DNA of 64,000 bases from assembly GCA_023438885.1 (NCBI GenBank), contig JAEXPS010000008.1:35-64034 (forward strand). The letters run 5' to 3'. The stretch is from Actinomycetes bacterium. Its GTDB lineage: Bacteria; Actinomycetota; Actinomycetes; Actinomycetales; Cellulomonadaceae. The notes beneath the pieces are model-generated. The model was given only the letters and a program-made list of their open reading frames with translations, had not been told where the DNA came from and did no database searches. A program made the translations under genes and the position numbers. Positions 47,403 through 59,415 of the stretch are shown piece by piece. How positions within the stretch are numbered: position 1 is the stretch's first letter; each line of letters starts with the position of its first letter.

Positions 47403-48103
47403 GGCCGGTGTCCGGACTGTGCCTCGACGACCGCGAGGACTGCCGAGACGGTCTGGTCGAAGTCGAGGTCCGATGAGTCCACCAGCACCACGCCTTCGGC
47501 CGGCTTCTGGAACTCGACGACCGTCGAGTCGCGGGCGTCTCGTCGCAGCACCTGGTCGGTCGTCGCGGCGACGGCGGCGGCAGACGACGAGCCATGGACC
47601 TCGAGCGCACGACGAGCCAACCGAGCCTCCTGGCTGGCGGTCAGCAGCACCCGCACGTCCGCGTCCGGAGCCACCACGGTGGTGATGTCACGACCCTCCG
47701 CCACCACGCCGCGCCCCCCGGAGAAGCCGCCGGTCCGCTCGTCGGCCACCAGGTCGCGCTGGCGTGCGACCAGCTCGGCTCGCACCGCCAGGTTCGTGGC
47801 CAGCGCACTGACGTTCTCCGAGACCCAGGTCTCGCGGATCGGCCCGGCGACGTCCACCCCGCCGACGTGCGCGCCGGGAGCCTTCGGGTCGAGCCCCATG
47901 ACGAGCGGCAGCCGCCGCACCAGGTCAGCCACTGCCGCGGTGTCCGCGAGATCGACTCCCTCCTGGAGGCACCACCACGTGGCCGCCCGGTACATCGCCC
48001 CCGTGTCGAGGTAGGCCAGGCCCAGGTGGCGCGCCACCGCGCGAGCCACCGAGGACTTGCCGGAGCCCGAGGGCCCGTCGATCGCGACGACCAGCGCGCT
48101 CAC
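47399..48103 (-). CDS. cmk: Cytidylate kinase
   Basis: [28 protein letters not shown]. Confidence 0.95.
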   Translation of the reverse strand: MSALVVAIDGPSGSGKSSVARAVARHLGLAYLDTGAMYRAATWWCLQEGVDLADTAAVADLVRRLPLVMGLDPKAPGAHVGGVDVAGPIRETWVSENVSALATNLAVRAELVARQRDLVADERTGGFSGGRGVVAEGRDITTVVAPDADVRVLLTASQEARLARRALEVHGSSSAAAVAATTDQVLRRDARDSTVVEFQKPAEGVVLVDSSDLDFDQTVSAVLAVVEAQSGHRP

Positions 48104-49209
48104 CGGACCAGCCGCCAGCCGCGCTCCGCCAGCGCCTCCCGAAGCCTCTGGGCACGGTCGGGCAGCACCGAGATCGCCGCCATGCCGACCGGTCGCCCGG
48201 CGGCGTGGTCGAGCTGCAGGTCCTCGAGGTTCACGCCCGCCGCGCCGACATCCGTGAGCAGCCGCGCCAGCTCGCCGGGCGAGTCGGGCACCAGCACCGT
48301 CACCGCGGCGTAGGAGCGGTGCGCGCCGCCGTGCTTGCCGGGGATCCGCGACTGCCCCGCGTTGCCGGCGGCGATGGCCTCGGCGAGTGCCGCGAGCGCG
48401 CCCGGTGCCACGTCCTCCGGTCCCGTGCTCAGGGCGGCACTGGTCAGCGCGTCGATCACCCGGCCCAGGTCGTCGCGCAGCTCCAGGAGCACGCCGCGCA
48501 CGGCGAGCGCGTTGGCGGCGAGGATCGAGGTCCAGAGCGCCGGGTCGCTGGCCGCGAGCCGCGTCACGTCACGCAGCCCCTGCCCGGCCAGCTCCAGGGC
48601 CGTCTCGTCGAGCCCCTGCAGCCGTGCCGCGACCAGCGAGGAGGCCAGCTGAGGCACGTGGGACACCACGGCGACGGCGGCGTCGTGCTCGGCGGCGTCC
48701 ATCGTCACCGGCACCGCGCCGAGGTCGACCGCCAGCGAGCGGACCGCGAGCAGCGCACCGGGGTCGGACGCCCCGGAGTCGGCGATCACCCACGGCCGGC
48801 CGAGGAACAGGTCGGGCAGCGCAGCGGCCGGGCCGTTGCGCTCCCTGCCCGCCATCGGGTGGGAGCCGACGTAGCGCGTCAGGTCGGCGTCCGCTGCGCG
48901 CAGCTCGTCGAGCACGTAGCCCTTCACCGACGCGACATCCGTGACCACGGCCTGGGAGTGGGCGGCCAGCTCGTCACGCACCACCTGCGCAGTGACGTCC
49001 GGCGGCGCGGCCACCACCACCAGGGCGGGCTCGGCGTCGCCGGGCCGCGCCGGGTGGCCCGCGCCCACGTCGCGCGCGAGCGCGAGCGCCGTGCGCGACG
49101 GGTCGGCGAGCTGTACCTCGACCCCGTGCCGCCGCAGGCCCAGGCCCACGGAGGTGCCGAGCAGCCCCGTGCCGACCACCCGCACCGGGCCCTTCGTGGC
49201 GATCGTCAC
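48100..49209 (-). CDS. tyrA: Prephenate dehydrogenase with ACT domain
   Basis: G.GLLG, DVASVK, HPMAG.E, HD...A..SH.P, D.TRLA. Confidence 0.92.
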   Translation of the reverse strand: MTIATKGPVRVVGTGLLGTSVGLGLRRHGVEVQLADPSRTALALARDVGAGHPARPGDAEPALVVVAAPPDVTAQVVRDELAAHSQAVVTDVASVKGYVLDELRAADADLTRYVGSHPMAGRERNGPAAALPDLFLGRPWVIADSGASDPGALLAVRSLAVDLGAVPVTMDAAEHDAAVAVVSHVPQLASSLVAARLQGLDETALELAGQGLRDVTRLAASDPALWTSILAANALAVRGVLLELRDDLGRVIDALTSAALSTGPEDVAPGALAALAEAIAAGNAGQSRIPGKHGGAHRSYAAVTVLVPDSPGELARLLTDVGAAGVNLEDLQLDHAAGRPVGMAAISVLPDRAQRLREALAERGWRLVR

Positions 49210-49994
49210 AGCCCCACCGCCGACATCAGCGAGCCCACCTCCGCGGTGCTCAGCACGCGCGTGCGCCCGGCCTTGAGCTCCCCGAGGCGGATGGGGCCCA
49301 CCTTGGTGCGCACCAGGCGGATCACGGGGTACCCGAGCTGCTCGAACATGCGGCGCACCACGCGGTTGCGGCCCTCGTGCAGCACCACCTCGACCAGGCT
49401 CTGGCCGGGGATCATGTCGACGAGCTTGTAGGCGTCGACCTTCACCGGACCGTCGTCCAGCTCGATGCCCTTCTTCAGCTTCGACCCGAGCCCGGGCGGC
49501 ACCTGGCCGATGACGTCGACGAGGTACGTCTTCGGGATCTCGTACGAGGGGTGGGTCAGCCGCTGGGCCAGCTCGCCGTCGTTGGTCAGCAGCAGCAGGC
49601 CCTCGCTATCGGCGTCGAGACGCCCGACGTGGAACAGCCGCACCTTCTGGTCCTCGAGGTAGTCCGCGATCGTCTCGCGGCCCTCGGGGTCGTACATCGT
49701 CGAGAGCACGCCCTCCGGCTTGTGGAAGGCCAGCGTGACCAGCGAGGCGTCGGTCTGCACCCGCTCGCCGTCCACGTGGATCACGGCCTTCTCGGGGTCG
49801 ACCCGCACACCGAGCTCGCGCACCACGACACCGTCCACCGTCACGCGGCCGGCGGCGATCAGCTCCTCCGAGGCGCGCCGCGAGGCGATCCCGGCCGAAG
49901 CCAGCACCTTCTGCAGGCGCACGCCTTCGGGGTCGTGCACGTCACGCGCCGGCGCCTTCTTGCCGCGGCCGCTCCCGCGTCCGGTCGAGTTCAT
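49206..49994 (-). CDS. rluB: rRNA pseudouridine synthase (RluB/RsuA family)
   Basis: S4 domain RLQKVLA.AG..SRR; HVGRLD..SEGLLLLTNDG; EGRNR. Confidence 0.9.
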   Translation of the reverse strand: MNSTGRGSGRGKKAPARDVHDPEGVRLQKVLASAGIASRRASEELIAAGRVTVDGVVVRELGVRVDPEKAVIHVDGERVQTDASLVTLAFHKPEGVLSTMYDPEGRETIADYLEDQKVRLFHVGRLDADSEGLLLLTNDGELAQRLTHPSYEIPKTYLVDVIGQVPPGLGSKLKKGIELDDGPVKVDAYKLVDMIPGQSLVEVVLHEGRNRVVRRMFEQLGYPVIRLVRTKVGPIRLGELKAGRTRVLSTAEVGSLMSAVGL

Positions 49995-50632
49995 GGGGTC
50001 CCTCCGCTCGGTTCGACGCCCTCCAGAGAGTCGACCTCCGGCAGGTAGGGCGCCAGCGGGGGCAGCTCGTCGAGGCTGGTCAGTCCCATCCGCTCCAAGA
50101 AGTATCCCGTGGTCCCGTACAGCACTGCGCCAGACGAGGGATCGACGCCCACCTCGCCCACCAGGCCGCGCGTGGTCAGCGTGCGCACCACGGAGTCGAC
50201 GTTCACCCCGCGCACACCCGAGACCTGCCCCCGCGACACCGGTTGGCGGTACGCGATCACGGCGAGCGTCTCCAGCGCGGCCTGGGTCAGCCGGGCCTGC
50301 TGCCCGTCCAGGACGAAGCGGCCGACGACCTGCGCATAGGCGGGTGCCGAGTAGATGCGCCAGCCGCCACCGGCCTGCCGCAGCTCGAATCCCCTGGCCC
50401 GGCCGCCGCCGTCGCCGCGGTAGTCGGCGGCGAGGGTGGCGAGCAGCTCCTCGACCCGGGCGGTCGGCAGGGCGAGGGCCGAGGCCAGGCGCACGGAGGG
50501 GATGGGTTCGTCAGCCACCATCAGCACCGCCTCGAGGGTGGCCAGCGCGCCGCCGGGCAGCTCCTCGACGTCGAATGCCAGCTCGTCGGCGGCCGGTTGC
50601 TCCGCGGCGGCCGGCTGCTGCTCCTCGGTCAC
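49991..50632 (-). CDS. scpB: SMC-Scp complex subunit ScpB
   Basis: LETLAVIAYRQP, RGVN, YGTT..FL...GL. Confidence 0.95.
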   Translation of the reverse strand: MTEEQQPAAAEQPAADELAFDVEELPGGALATLEAVLMVADEPIPSVRLASALALPTARVEELLATLAADYRGDGGGRARGFELRQAGGGWRIYSAPAYAQVVGRFVLDGQQARLTQAALETLAVIAYRQPVSRGQVSGVRGVNVDSVVRTLTTRGLVGEVGVDPSSGAVLYGTTGYFLERMGLTSLDELPPLAPYLPEVDSLEGVEPSGGTP

Positions 50633-51528
50633 GGCGCGTCCTCCTGTCGATCGGTCTCGGGCTCGGGTTCCGGTGCGGGCCCGGGCTCGGGCGAGGCGGC
50701 GTGCTCGGGCGCCTCGTCCTCGTCGAAGTCGCTCACCTGGAGCACGTGGTCGTCGCGCCCGATCCAGCGCACCGTGAGCTCGCCCAGGGGCGCCAGCTGG
50801 TCGAAGGCCACCGCGGACTCCCGGAACAGGTCGAGCAGGGCGAGGAAGCGGGCGACGACGACGAGCGTGGTCCCCGCGTCGGCGACCAGCGCGCGGAACG
50901 GGACGGCCCCCGAGCGGCGCAGCCGCTCGACCACCACGGCCGCCTGCTCCCGCACGCTCACCGCGGGGGCGTGCAGGTGCGTCAGGTCGACGATCGGCAC
51001 CGGCCGGGGCGCCAGGGCGCGGGCGGCGAGAGCCGCGAGCTCGTCAGGCCCGAGCGACCAGACGAGGTCCGGGAGCAGCGCCGCCAGGTGCGGCTCGAGG
51101 GCGACCGCGCGGGGGCGCCGCCGGGACTCCTCGGCCAGCCGCGACCCGAGGTCCGAGGCGACCTCCTTGTACGCGCGGTACTGCAGCAGCCGGGCGAACA
51201 GCAGGTCGCGCGCCTCCAGGAGCTCCAGGTCCTCGGCGTCCTCCACCTCGCCGGCCGGCAGCAGGCGGGCGGCCTTGAGGTCCAGCAGGGTCGCGGCGAC
51301 CACGAGGAACTCGGAGGCCTGGCCCAGGTCCCACTGCCCCTCGGCGGCGCGGATGTGGGCGATGAACTCGTCGGTCACCTGAGCCAGCGCCACCTCGGTG
51401 ATGTCGAGACGATGCTTGGCGATCAGGCCGAGCAGCAGGTCGAACGGGCCGGCGAAGACGTCGAGGTGGACCTCGAACCCCGTGGCGCCGAGCGGGGCTG
51501 GGCCGTCCGTCTCAGGCAGCGTCGCCAC
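50629..51528 (-). CDS. scpA: Segregation/condensation protein ScpA
   Basis: F.GPFDLLL.LI, EFLVVAATLLDLK...LLP, FLALLDL. Confidence 0.95.
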   Translation of the reverse strand: MATLPETDGPAPLGATGFEVHLDVFAGPFDLLLGLIAKHRLDITEVALAQVTDEFIAHIRAAEGQWDLGQASEFLVVAATLLDLKAARLLPAGEVEDAEDLELLEARDLLFARLLQYRAYKEVASDLGSRLAEESRRRPRAVALEPHLAALLPDLVWSLGPDELAALAARALAPRPVPIVDLTHLHAPAVSVREQAAVVVERLRRSGAVPFRALVADAGTTLVVVARFLALLDLFRESAVAFDQLAPLGELTVRWIGRDDHVLQVSDFDEDEAPEHAASPEPGPAPEPEPETDRQEDAP

Positions 51529-52375
51529 GCGCGACGAGCTCACGAGCCAACTGGCGGTAGGCCTCCGCACCGGTGTGCGTCGGCGCGTAGGTGGTGATCG
51601 GTTCGGCGGCGACGGTCGCGTCCGGGAACTTCACCGTGCGCGAGATCACCGTGTGGAACAGCTTGTCGCCGAAGGCCTCGTGCACGCGCGCCACGACCTC
51701 ACGGGCGTGCAGCGTGCGTGCGTCGTACATCGTGGCCAGGATGCCGTCCACCTGGAGACGGGGGTTGAGCCGGTCGCTGACCTTCTCGATGGTCTCGACG
51801 AGCAGCGCGACGCCGCGCAGCGCGAAGAACTCGCACTCGAGCGGGATCACCACGCCGTGCGCGGCCGTCAGGGCGTTCACGGTCAGCAGCCCGAGCGAGG
51901 GCTGGCAGTCGATGATGATCTCGTCGTACTCGTCGAGCGCCGGGCGCAGCGCGCGGGTCAGAGCCGTCTCCCGGGCGACCTCGGTGACCAGCTGGACCTC
52001 GGCCGCCGAGAGGTCGATGTTCGCCGGGAGCAGGTCGAGGCCGGGCACCGCGGTGGGACGCACCACGTCCTCGAACGAGACGGCCTTGTCCATGAGGAGG
52101 TTGTAGACCGTCAGGTCCAGCTCGTGGGGCAGCACGCCGAGGCCCACCGACGCCGCGCCCTGCGGGTCGAAGTCGACCACGAGCACCCGCCGACCGTACT
52201 CGGCCAGCGCCGCGGCGAGGTTGATCGCCGTGGTCGTCTTGCCCACGCCGCCCTTCTGGTTGCAGAGGGCGATCACGCGCGCCGGCCCGTGCGAGGTCAG
52301 CGGCGCCGGGACGGGGAAGTCCGGGAGCGGCCGGCCGACGACGTCGACCGAGGGCTCGGCAGTCTGGCTCACCAC
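51512..52375 (-). CDS. ParA/Soj family ATPase
   Basis: NQKGGVGKTT, D.DPQG, DCQPSLG; leaderless GTG after TAGGTT. Confidence 0.93.
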   Translation of the reverse strand: MVSQTAEPSVDVVGRPLPDFPVPAPLTSHGPARVIALCNQKGGVGKTTTAINLAAALAEYGRRVLVVDFDPQGAASVGLGVLPHELDLTVYNLLMDKAVSFEDVVRPTAVPGLDLLPANIDLSAAEVQLVTEVARETALTRALRPALDEYDEIIIDCQPSLGLLTVNALTAAHGVVIPLECEFFALRGVALLVETIEKVSDRLNPRLQVDGILATMYDARTLHAREVVARVHEAFGDKLFHTVISRTVKFPDATVAAEPITTYAPTHTGAEAYRQLARELVARGDAA

Positions 52376-52425
52376 GCGGGCAAACCTACCCGAGCCGCCC
52401 TCCCCTGCCTCGGCGACGGGCCGCA

Positions 52426-53361
52426 TCAGCGTGCACGCGGATGGTTGGCGACGTACACCTCGCGGAGCACCTCCGGCGTCACCATCGTGTAGATCTGCGT
52501 GGTCGCCACCGAGGCGTGGCCCAGCAGCTCCTGGACCACGCGCACGTCAGCCCCGCCCTGGAGCAGATGGGTGGCGAACGAGTGCCGCAGCGTGTGCGGC
52601 GAGACGTGGGCGGCGTTCGCCAGGTCCGCACGTTCGGCGGCGGTGCGCAGCACCGCCCACGCGCTCTGGCGCGACAGCCGCGCACCGCGCACGTTGAGGA
52701 AGAGCGCCGGCGTGCCCCGCCCGCCGGCCGCCAGGGCCGGGCGGGCACGTACGAGGTAGGCCTCGACGGCCCCCACGGCATACGAGCCCACCGGCACTAC
52801 GCGCTCCTTGCTGCCCTTGCCGAACAGCCGCACCGCCCCGGTCTCGAGATCGATGTCGTCGACGTCCATGCCGACCGCCTCGGAGATCCGTGCGCCGGTG
52901 GAGTAGAGCAGCTCCAGCAGTGCCCGGTCACGCAGCGGCACGGGTCCGTCGCCGAGCACCCCGGCCTCCAGGAGCCGCCGCACGTCGTCGACCGAGAGCG
53001 CTTTCGGGAGCCGGCGGGGCTGGGCCGGAGGGTGCACGCCCCGGGCCGGGTCGCTCGGGGCGAGACCCTCCGGCACGCAGAACCGGTGCAGGCCGCGGAT
53101 GGCGGCCACGCCCCGCGCCGCGGACGACGCGGACAGTGCCGCGCGGCCGTCCGCGCCCGTGCGGACCGCGAGGACGTAGTCCTCGACGTCGCGGTCGCTC
53201 ACGGCGGCCGGCTCCGTGACGCCGCGCGCCTGCAGGAACGCGACGTACCGCGCCAGGTCGCGGCGGTACGCGGCGAGGGTGTTGGCCGAGAGCCCACGCT
53301 CCACGTCGAGGTGGGCGAGGTAGGCGTCCAGCGCCCGCTCGAGCCCGCCGCCGTCCGGCAT
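52426..53361 (-). CDS. xerD: Site-specific tyrosine recombinase XerD
   Basis: [43 protein letters not shown]....TTQIY. Confidence 0.95.
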   Translation of the reverse strand: MPDGGGLERALDAYLAHLDVERGLSANTLAAYRRDLARYVAFLQARGVTEPAAVSDRDVEDYVLAVRTGADGRAALSASSAARGVAAIRGLHRFCVPEGLAPSDPARGVHPPAQPRRLPKALSVDDVRRLLEAGVLGDGPVPLRDRALLELLYSTGARISEAVGMDVDDIDLETGAVRLFGKGSKERVVPVGSYAVGAVEAYLVRARPALAAGGRGTPALFLNVRGARLSRQSAWAVLRTAAERADLANAAHVSPHTLRHSFATHLLQGGADVRVVQELLGHASVATTQIYTMVTPEVLREVYVANHPRAR

Positions 53362-53370
53362 GCAGGGAGG

Positions 53371-54357
53371 TTACAGCGGCAGGAACACGTCCACGACGAC
53401 CGCCACCGACAGCAGCGTCAGATAGGTGATCGAGTGGTGGAACACGCGCATCGCGCGCACCTTGTGGTGCGCGGGGTCGCGCGCCTGGCGCAGCAGCGTC
53501 AGGCAGGAGCCGACGAACCAGACCCCGAGCGCCGCCGCGGCCACCGCGTACACCCACGTCATGCCGCCCACCGGCCAGAGCGCCAGCGAGCAGGCCACCA
53601 TCGCCAGCGCGTAGCCGATCATCTGGCTGGCCACCTGGGTGTCCCTGGCCACCACCGGCAGCATCGGCACCTGCGCGGCCGCGTACTCCTTGCGGAACTT
53701 CATCGACAGAGGCCAGTAGTGCGGCGGCGTCCAGAAGAAGACGACACCGAACAGCAGCAGCGCCGCCCACGAGACGCCGCCCGTCACGGCGGACCATCCG
53801 ATCAGCACCGGCATGCACCCGGCGATGCCGCCCCACACGATGTTCTGCGAGGTGCGGCGCTTGAGCAGCATCGTGTACCCGACGACGTAGATCGCGATCG
53901 CCGAGGCGGCGAAGACCGCCGAGATCGGGTTGACCGCGAACCACAGGACCACGAGCGCGACGGCACCGAGCAGCGCGGCGAAGACGAGCGTCGCGGCGGG
54001 GCTGACGGCCCCGGTGACGGTGGGGCGGCGCCGGGTGCGGTGCATCACGGCGTCGATGTCGCGGTCCAGGTAGCAGTTGAGGACGTTCGCGGAGCCGGCG
54101 GCCAACGCGCCTCCGGCGAGCGTGGCGAGGACCAGCGGGAGGCTGGGGAAGCCGTCGGCGGCCAGCACCATGGTCGGCAGCGTGGTGACCAGCAGCAGCT
54201 CGATGACGCGCGGCTTGGTCAGGGCGACGTAGGCGCCGAGCGTGCCCCGCCACCCCCGGGTGGGCGCACCGCCGGGCGACTGGACCGGATGCGCCGGTGA
54301 CGGAACGGCACGCGAGACCGCGGGGGCCGCCGGGGCCGCCGGGCTGGTCAGTCGCAC
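53371..54357 (-). CDS. ctaB: Protoheme IX farnesyltransferase (heme o synthase)
   Basis: LTKPR, N...DRDID..M.RT..RP, YT..LKRRT, WTPPH. Confidence 0.95.
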   Translation of the reverse strand: MRLTSPAAPAAPAVSRAVPSPAHPVQSPGGAPTRGWRGTLGAYVALTKPRVIELLLVTTLPTMVLAADGFPSLPLVLATLAGGALAAGSANVLNCYLDRDIDAVMHRTRRRPTVTGAVSPAATLVFAALLGAVALVVLWFAVNPISAVFAASAIAIYVVGYTMLLKRRTSQNIVWGGIAGCMPVLIGWSAVTGGVSWAALLLFGVVFFWTPPHYWPLSMKFRKEYAAAQVPMLPVVARDTQVASQMIGYALAMVACSLALWPVGGMTWVYAVAAAALGVWFVGSCLTLLRQARDPAHHKVRAMRVFHHSITYLTLLSVAVVVDVFLPL

Positions 54358-54575
54358 ACGAGTCCGTTCGTCGTCGGGAGGATCGGCATCGTCATCGTAC
54401 ATGGGACCTCGGTCCTAGACCGGTCTCCGGTCGGCGTGCGCGGGGGCTGCCTGCAGCGCTGCTCGATATAGGCTCGGCGTACAGGTGGGAAGGCGCCCCA
54501 AGAGGCGCCCCGCCGGTCCACGAGGGGCCCGGCGGCATGTCCGCATTTCCCGGGCTGGGCCCGGAAGGGAACGAT

Positions 54576-56690
54576 GTGGTGAACGCGAAGGCTCCCCTGG
54601 CGGCGACGGTCGGCTGGACAGACCTGGACCTGCGTGCGGTGGACACGGTCCGCATCCTGGCCGCGGACGCGGTCGAGAAGGTGGGCAACGGCCACCCGGG
54701 CACCGCGATCAGCCTGGCTCCGCTGGCGTACCTGCTCTACCAGGACGTGCTGCGCCACGACCCGGCCGACCCGGGCTGGCTCGGTCGCGACCGCTTCGTC
54801 CTCTCCGCCGGGCACTCGAGCCTGACGCAGTACATCCAGCTGTACCTCGGCGGCTTCGGCCTGGAGCTGGCCGACCTGCAGGCGCTGCGCACGTGGGGCT
54901 CCAAGACCCCCGGGCACCCCGAGTACGGGCACACGGCCGGCGTCGAGATCACCACCGGTCCGCTCGGCCAGGGGCTGGCCTCCGCGGTCGGCATGGCAAT
55001 GGCCGCACGCCGCGAGAGGGGCCTCCTCGACCCGGACGCGGCACCGGGCACCAGCCCGTTCGACCACCACGTCGTCGTCGTCGCCTCGGACGGCGACCTC
55101 CAGGAGGGCGTCTCCGCCGAGGCGTCGTCGATCGCCGGCACGCAGGAGCTCGGCAACCTGCTGGTGATCTGGGACCACAACGAGATCTCGATCGAGGGCG
55201 ACACCGTCATCGCGTTCGGTGAGGACACCGTGGCCCGGTACGCCGCCTACGGGTGGCACACGCAGGTGGTCGACTGGACCGCCACCGGCGAGTACCGCGA
55301 GGACGTCGACGCCCTCGCCGCCGCGATCGCGAAGGCCAAGGCGGTGACGGACAAGCCGTCGTTCATCGCACTGCGCACCCTCATCGGCTGGCCCACCCCC
55401 GGCCACACCAACTCGCACACGGCCCACGGCAACAAGCTGGGCACCGAGTCCGTCGAGGGCCTGCACCAGCTGCTCGGCTTCCCGACCACCCCGTTCCCGG
55501 TCGAGGACGCGGTCGTCGAGCACACGCGCGGCAAGCTCGCAGCGCGCGCAGCCACCGCGAAGGCGGAGTGGCAGAAGGGCTTCGACAAGTGGCGCGCCGC
55601 TCACCCGCAGCGCGCCGAGCTGCTCGACCGCCTCGTCGCGCACGAGCTGCCGGCCGACTGGGCGCAGGCGCTGCCGGCCTTCCCCGCGGACAAGGCCGTC
55701 GCGACCCGCGCCGCCTCCGGCACCGTGCTGTCCGCCCTGGCGCCCGTGCTCCCCGAGCTGTGGGGCGGCAGTGCCGACCTCGCCGGCTCGAACAACACGA
55801 CGATGAAGGGCGAGCCGTCCTTCCTCCCGGCCCACCGCTCCAGCCACGAGTTCGCCGGCGACGAGTTCGGCCGCACGCTGCACTTCGGCATCCGCGAGCA
55901 CGCGATGGGCTCGATCCTCTCTGGCATCGTGCTGCACGGGCTCACCCGTGCCTACGGCGGCACGTTCCTGCAGTTCTCGGACTACATGCGCGGGGCCGTG
56001 CGGCTCGCGGCGCTCATGGGCGTCCCGGCCACCTACGTGTGGACCCACGACTCGATCGGCCTCGGCGAGGACGGCCCCACCCACCAGCCGGTGGAGCACC
56101 TGGCGGCGCTGCGCGCCATCCCCGGCCTCGCGATCGTCCGCCCGGCCGACGCCAACGAGACCGCCGCCGCCTGGAAGGCGATCCTCGAGCGGCGCGAGGG
56201 GCCCGTGGGTCTGATCCTCACCCGCCAGAACGTCCCGACGTTCCCCCGCGGCGTCGACGGCTTCGCGCAGGCCGACGGCCTGGCCCGCGGCGCGTACACG
56301 CTGCTCGAGGCGTCGAGCGGCGCTCCTCGGGTCATCCTCATCGCCACCGGCTCGGAGGTGCAGCTCGCCGTCGCGGCGCGCGAGGCGCTCGAGGCCGAGG
56401 GCATCCCCGCGCGGGTCGTCTCCGCGCCGTCCCTCGAGTGGTTCGACGAGCAGGACGAGGCGTACCGCGAGTCGGTGCTGCCCTCGTCGGTCCGCGCCCG
56501 GGTCAGCGTCGAGGCCGGTATCGCCATGCCGTGGCACAAGTACCTCGGCGAGCACGGCCGGGCCGTCTCGCTCGAGCACTTCGGCGCCTCGGCCGACTAC
56601 CAGACGCTCTACCGCGAGTACGGCATCACGGCGGAGGCTGTCGCCGACGCCGCGAAGGCGTCGCTCGCGTCGGTGGAGGGCACGATCTAG
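54576..56690 (+). CDS. tkt: Transketolase
   Basis: [42 protein letters not shown]. Confidence 0.97.
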   Translation: MVNAKAPLAATVGWTDLDLRAVDTVRILAADAVEKVGNGHPGTAISLAPLAYLLYQDVLRHDPADPGWLGRDRFVLSAGHSSLTQYIQLYLGGFGLELADLQALRTWGSKTPGHPEYGHTAGVEITTGPLGQGLASAVGMAMAARRERGLLDPDAAPGTSPFDHHVVVVASDGDLQEGVSAEASSIAGTQELGNLLVIWDHNEISIEGDTVIAFGEDTVARYAAYGWHTQVVDWTATGEYREDVDALAAAIAKAKAVTDKPSFIALRTLIGWPTPGHTNSHTAHGNKLGTESVEGLHQLLGFPTTPFPVEDAVVEHTRGKLAARAATAKAEWQKGFDKWRAAHPQRAELLDRLVAHELPADWAQALPAFPADKAVATRAASGTVLSALAPVLPELWGGSADLAGSNNTTMKGEPSFLPAHRSSHEFAGDEFGRTLHFGIREHAMGSILSGIVLHGLTRAYGGTFLQFSDYMRGAVRLAALMGVPATYVWTHDSIGLGEDGPTHQPVEHLAALRAIPGLAIVRPADANETAAAWKAILERREGPVGLILTRQNVPTFPRGVDGFAQADGLARGAYTLLEASSGAPRVILIATGSEVQLAVAAREALEAEGIPARVVSAPSLEWFDEQDEAYRESVLPSSVRARVSVEAGIAMPWHKYLGEHGRAVSLEHFGASADYQTLYREYGITAEAVADAAKASLASVEGTI

Positions 56691-56752
56691 CCCTCCACCC
56701 GCCCGCCAAGTGGGCCGGGGTCACCCGGCGAGACTCACGGAAGGGGCAGCAC

Positions 56753-57877
56753 ATGGCCAGGCAGGACAGCCCCCTGCTTCGGTTGGCCCAGGCGGGTGTC
56801 GCCGTCTGGCTCGACGACCTCTCGCGCGAGATGGTGCGCGGCGGCGAGCTCGCCGCGCTGGCGCGACGCGGGGTGGTCGGCGTGACCAGCAACCCGACGA
56901 TCTTCGCCAAGGCGGTCGGGTCCGGCGACGCGTACCGCGACCAGCTGGTGCGCCTCGCCGCGGACGGCGCGTCGGTCGACGAAGCGGTGTGGCGCCTCAC
57001 CACCGACGACGTGCGTGACGCCTGCGACGTGCTGCGGGAGGTCTACGAGCGCACCGACACCGTCGACGGCCGGGTCTCCATCGAGGTCGACCCCCGGCTG
57101 GCCCACGACACGGGAGCCACGCTCGAGGCCGCCCGCACCCTGTGGTCCGAGATCGAGCGCCCCAACCTGTTCGTCAAGATCCCCGCCACCGTCGAGGGCC
57201 TGCCGGCGATCACCCAGGCGCTCGCCGAGGGCATCAGCGTCAACGTGACGCTGATCTTCGGCATCGACCGGTACCGGGCGGTGATGGACGCGTTCCTCAC
57301 CGGGCTGGGGCGGGCGCTCGCGGCCGGGGTGGACCTGCGGCCCATCGGCTCCGTGGCCTCGTTCTTCGTCTCACGCGTCGACACGGCTGTCGACCCTCTC
57401 CTCGACGCGCTCGGGACGCCCGAGGCGGCGGCGCTGCGCGGAACAGCGGCGATCGCCAACGCCCGGCTCGCGTACGCCGCGTACCAGGAGGTGGCGCACG
57501 GCGAGCGCTGGGCCGCGCTCGCCGGCTCGGGGGCGCACCCGCAACGCCCGCTGTGGGCATCCACCGGGGTCAAGGACACGGCGTACCCCGACACCCGCTA
57601 CGTCGACGAGCTCGTCGCCCCCGGGGTGGTCAACACCATGCCCCGAGCGACTCTCGAGGCCGTGGCCGACCACGGCGGACCGGGTGCGGACACGGTCAGC
57701 GGCACGCACGACGAGGCGGCCCGGGTCGTCGCCCGGCTGGCCGCGCTCGGCGTCGACCTCGACCAGGTGACCGCCCGGTTGGAGGCCGAGGGCGTCGACA
57801 AGTTCGTCGCGTCGTGGAACGAGCTGCTCGGCACGGTCCAGGCGGGCCTCGACGCCGCTGCCGGAGCGTCGGCATGA
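56753..57877 (+). CDS. tal: Transaldolase
   Basis: [39 protein letters not shown]. Confidence 0.97.
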   Translation: MARQDSPLLRLAQAGVAVWLDDLSREMVRGGELAALARRGVVGVTSNPTIFAKAVGSGDAYRDQLVRLAADGASVDEAVWRLTTDDVRDACDVLREVYERTDTVDGRVSIEVDPRLAHDTGATLEAARTLWSEIERPNLFVKIPATVEGLPAITQALAEGISVNVTLIFGIDRYRAVMDAFLTGLGRALAAGVDLRPIGSVASFFVSRVDTAVDPLLDALGTPEAAALRGTAAIANARLAYAAYQEVAHGERWAALAGSGAHPQRPLWASTGVKDTAYPDTRYVDELVAPGVVNTMPRATLEAVADHGGPGADTVSGTHDEAARVVARLAALGVDLDQVTARLEAEGVDKFVASWNELLGTVQAGLDAAAGASA

Positions 57878-59415
57878 GCCCGGCGCGGATCGGCCCCGGT
57901 CGCAACCCGCTGCGCGATCCGCGCGACCGCCGGATGCGCCGGATCGCCGGGCCCTGCGGCCTGGTGATCTTCGGGGTCACCGGCGACCTCGCCCGCAAGA
58001 AGCTGATGCCAGCGGTCTACGACCTGACCAACCGCGGCCTCCTGCCGCCGGGCTTCGCGCTCACCGGCTTCGCGCGCCGGGACTGGGCGACGCAGGACTT
58101 CGCCCAGATCGTGCACGACTCCGTCAAGGAGTACGCCCGCACGCCGTTCCGCGAGGCGACCTGGCGGCAGCTGTCCGAGGGCATCCGGTTCGTCGCCGGC
58201 ACGTTCGACGACGAGGAGGCGTTCGACCGGCTGCGTGACACCGTCGAGGAGCTCGACGTCACCCGCGGCACGGGCGGCAACCACGCGTTCTACCTGTCGG
58301 TGCCGCCCGCCTCATTCCCCGTCGTGTGCGAGCAGCTGGCTCGCTCCGGGCTCTCCCAGCCCCACGACGGCACGTGGCGCCGGGTGGTCATCGAGAAGCC
58401 GTTCGGCCACGACCTGGCCAGCGCACGCGAGCTCAACGACATCGTGTCGCAGGTGTTCCGGCCCGACGACATCTTCCGGATCGACCACTACCTGGGCAAG
58501 GAGACCGTCCAGAACCTGCTGGCGCTGCGGTTCGCCAACCAGCTGTTCGAGCCGATCTGGAACTCCAACTACGTGGACCACGTGCAGATCACGATGGCCG
58601 AGGACATCGGTATCGCCGGGCGCGCGGGCTACTACGACGGCATCGGCGCGGCGCGGGACGTGATCCAGAACCACCTGATGCAGCTGCTCGCCCTCACCGC
58701 GATGGAGGAGCCCGTCTCGTTCGACGCCGCCGCGCTGCGGGCCGAGAAGACGAAGGTGCTCTCGGCCGTGCGGCTCCCCCGCGACCTCGGCAAGCACTCC
58801 GCGCGTGGCCAGTACGAGGGCGGCTGGCAGGGCGGCGAGAAGGTGGCCGGTTACCTGGAGGAGGAGGGCTTCAACCCCGGATCGATCACCGAGACGTACG
58901 CGGCGGTGCGGGTGGACATCGACACCCGGCGCTGGGCAGGGGTGCCGTTCTACCTGCGCACCGGCAAGCGACTGGGGCGGCGGGTCACCGAGATCGCCGT
59001 CGTGTTCAAGCGAGCCCCGCACCTGCCCTTCGAGTCGGAGGACACCTCGGAGCTGGGTCAGAACGCGATCGTCATCCGCGTGCAGCCCGACGAGGGGGTC
59101 ACCGTGCGGTTCGGCGCCAAGGTGCCCGGCACCCAGATGGAGGTGCGGGACGTCACGATGGACTTCGGCTACTACCACGCGTTCACGGAGACCTCGCCCG
59201 AGGCCTACGAGCGCCTGATCCTCGACGTGCTGCTCGGCGACCCACCGCTGTTCCCGCAGCACGAGGAGGTCGAGCTCTCCTGGAAGATCCTCGACCCGGT
59301 CATCGAGTACTGGGCCAAGCAGGGCCGGCCCGACCCCTACCCGCCCGGCTCGTGGGGACCGGCCTCTGCCGACGCGATGATGGCCCGCGACGGGCGCACC
59401 TGGAGGCAGCCGTGA
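57874..59415 (+). CDS. zwf: Glucose-6-phosphate dehydrogenase
   Basis: [20 protein letters not shown]. Confidence 0.97.
   Translation: MSPARIGPGRNPLRDPRDRRMRRIAGPCGLVIFGVTGDLARKKLMPAVYDLTNRGLLPPGFALTGFARRDWATQDFAQIVHDSVKEYARTPFREATWRQLSEGIRFVAGTFDDEEAFDRLRDTVEELDVTRGTGGNHAFYLSVPPASFPVVCEQLARSGLSQPHDGTWRRVVIEKPFGHDLASARELNDIVSQVFRPDDIFRIDHYLGKETVQNLLALRFANQLFEPIWNSNYVDHVQITMAEDIGIAGRAGYYDGIGAARDVIQNHLMQLLALTAMEEPVSFDAAALRAEKTKVLSAVRLPRDLGKHSARGQYEGGWQGGEKVAGYLEEEGFNPGSITETYAAVRVDIDTRRWAGVPFYLRTGKRLGRRVTEIAVVFKRAPHLPFESEDTSELGQNAIVIRVQPDEGVTVRFGAKVPGTQMEVRDVTMDFGYYHAFTETSPEAYERLILDVLLGDPPLFPQHEEVELSWKILDPVIEYWAKQGRPDPYPPGSWGPASADAMMARDGRTWRQP

Noticed and set aside
52426..53361. Tyrosine recombinase as a mobile-element integrase
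   Set aside because: Sequence and parA-scpAB context identify housekeeping XerD
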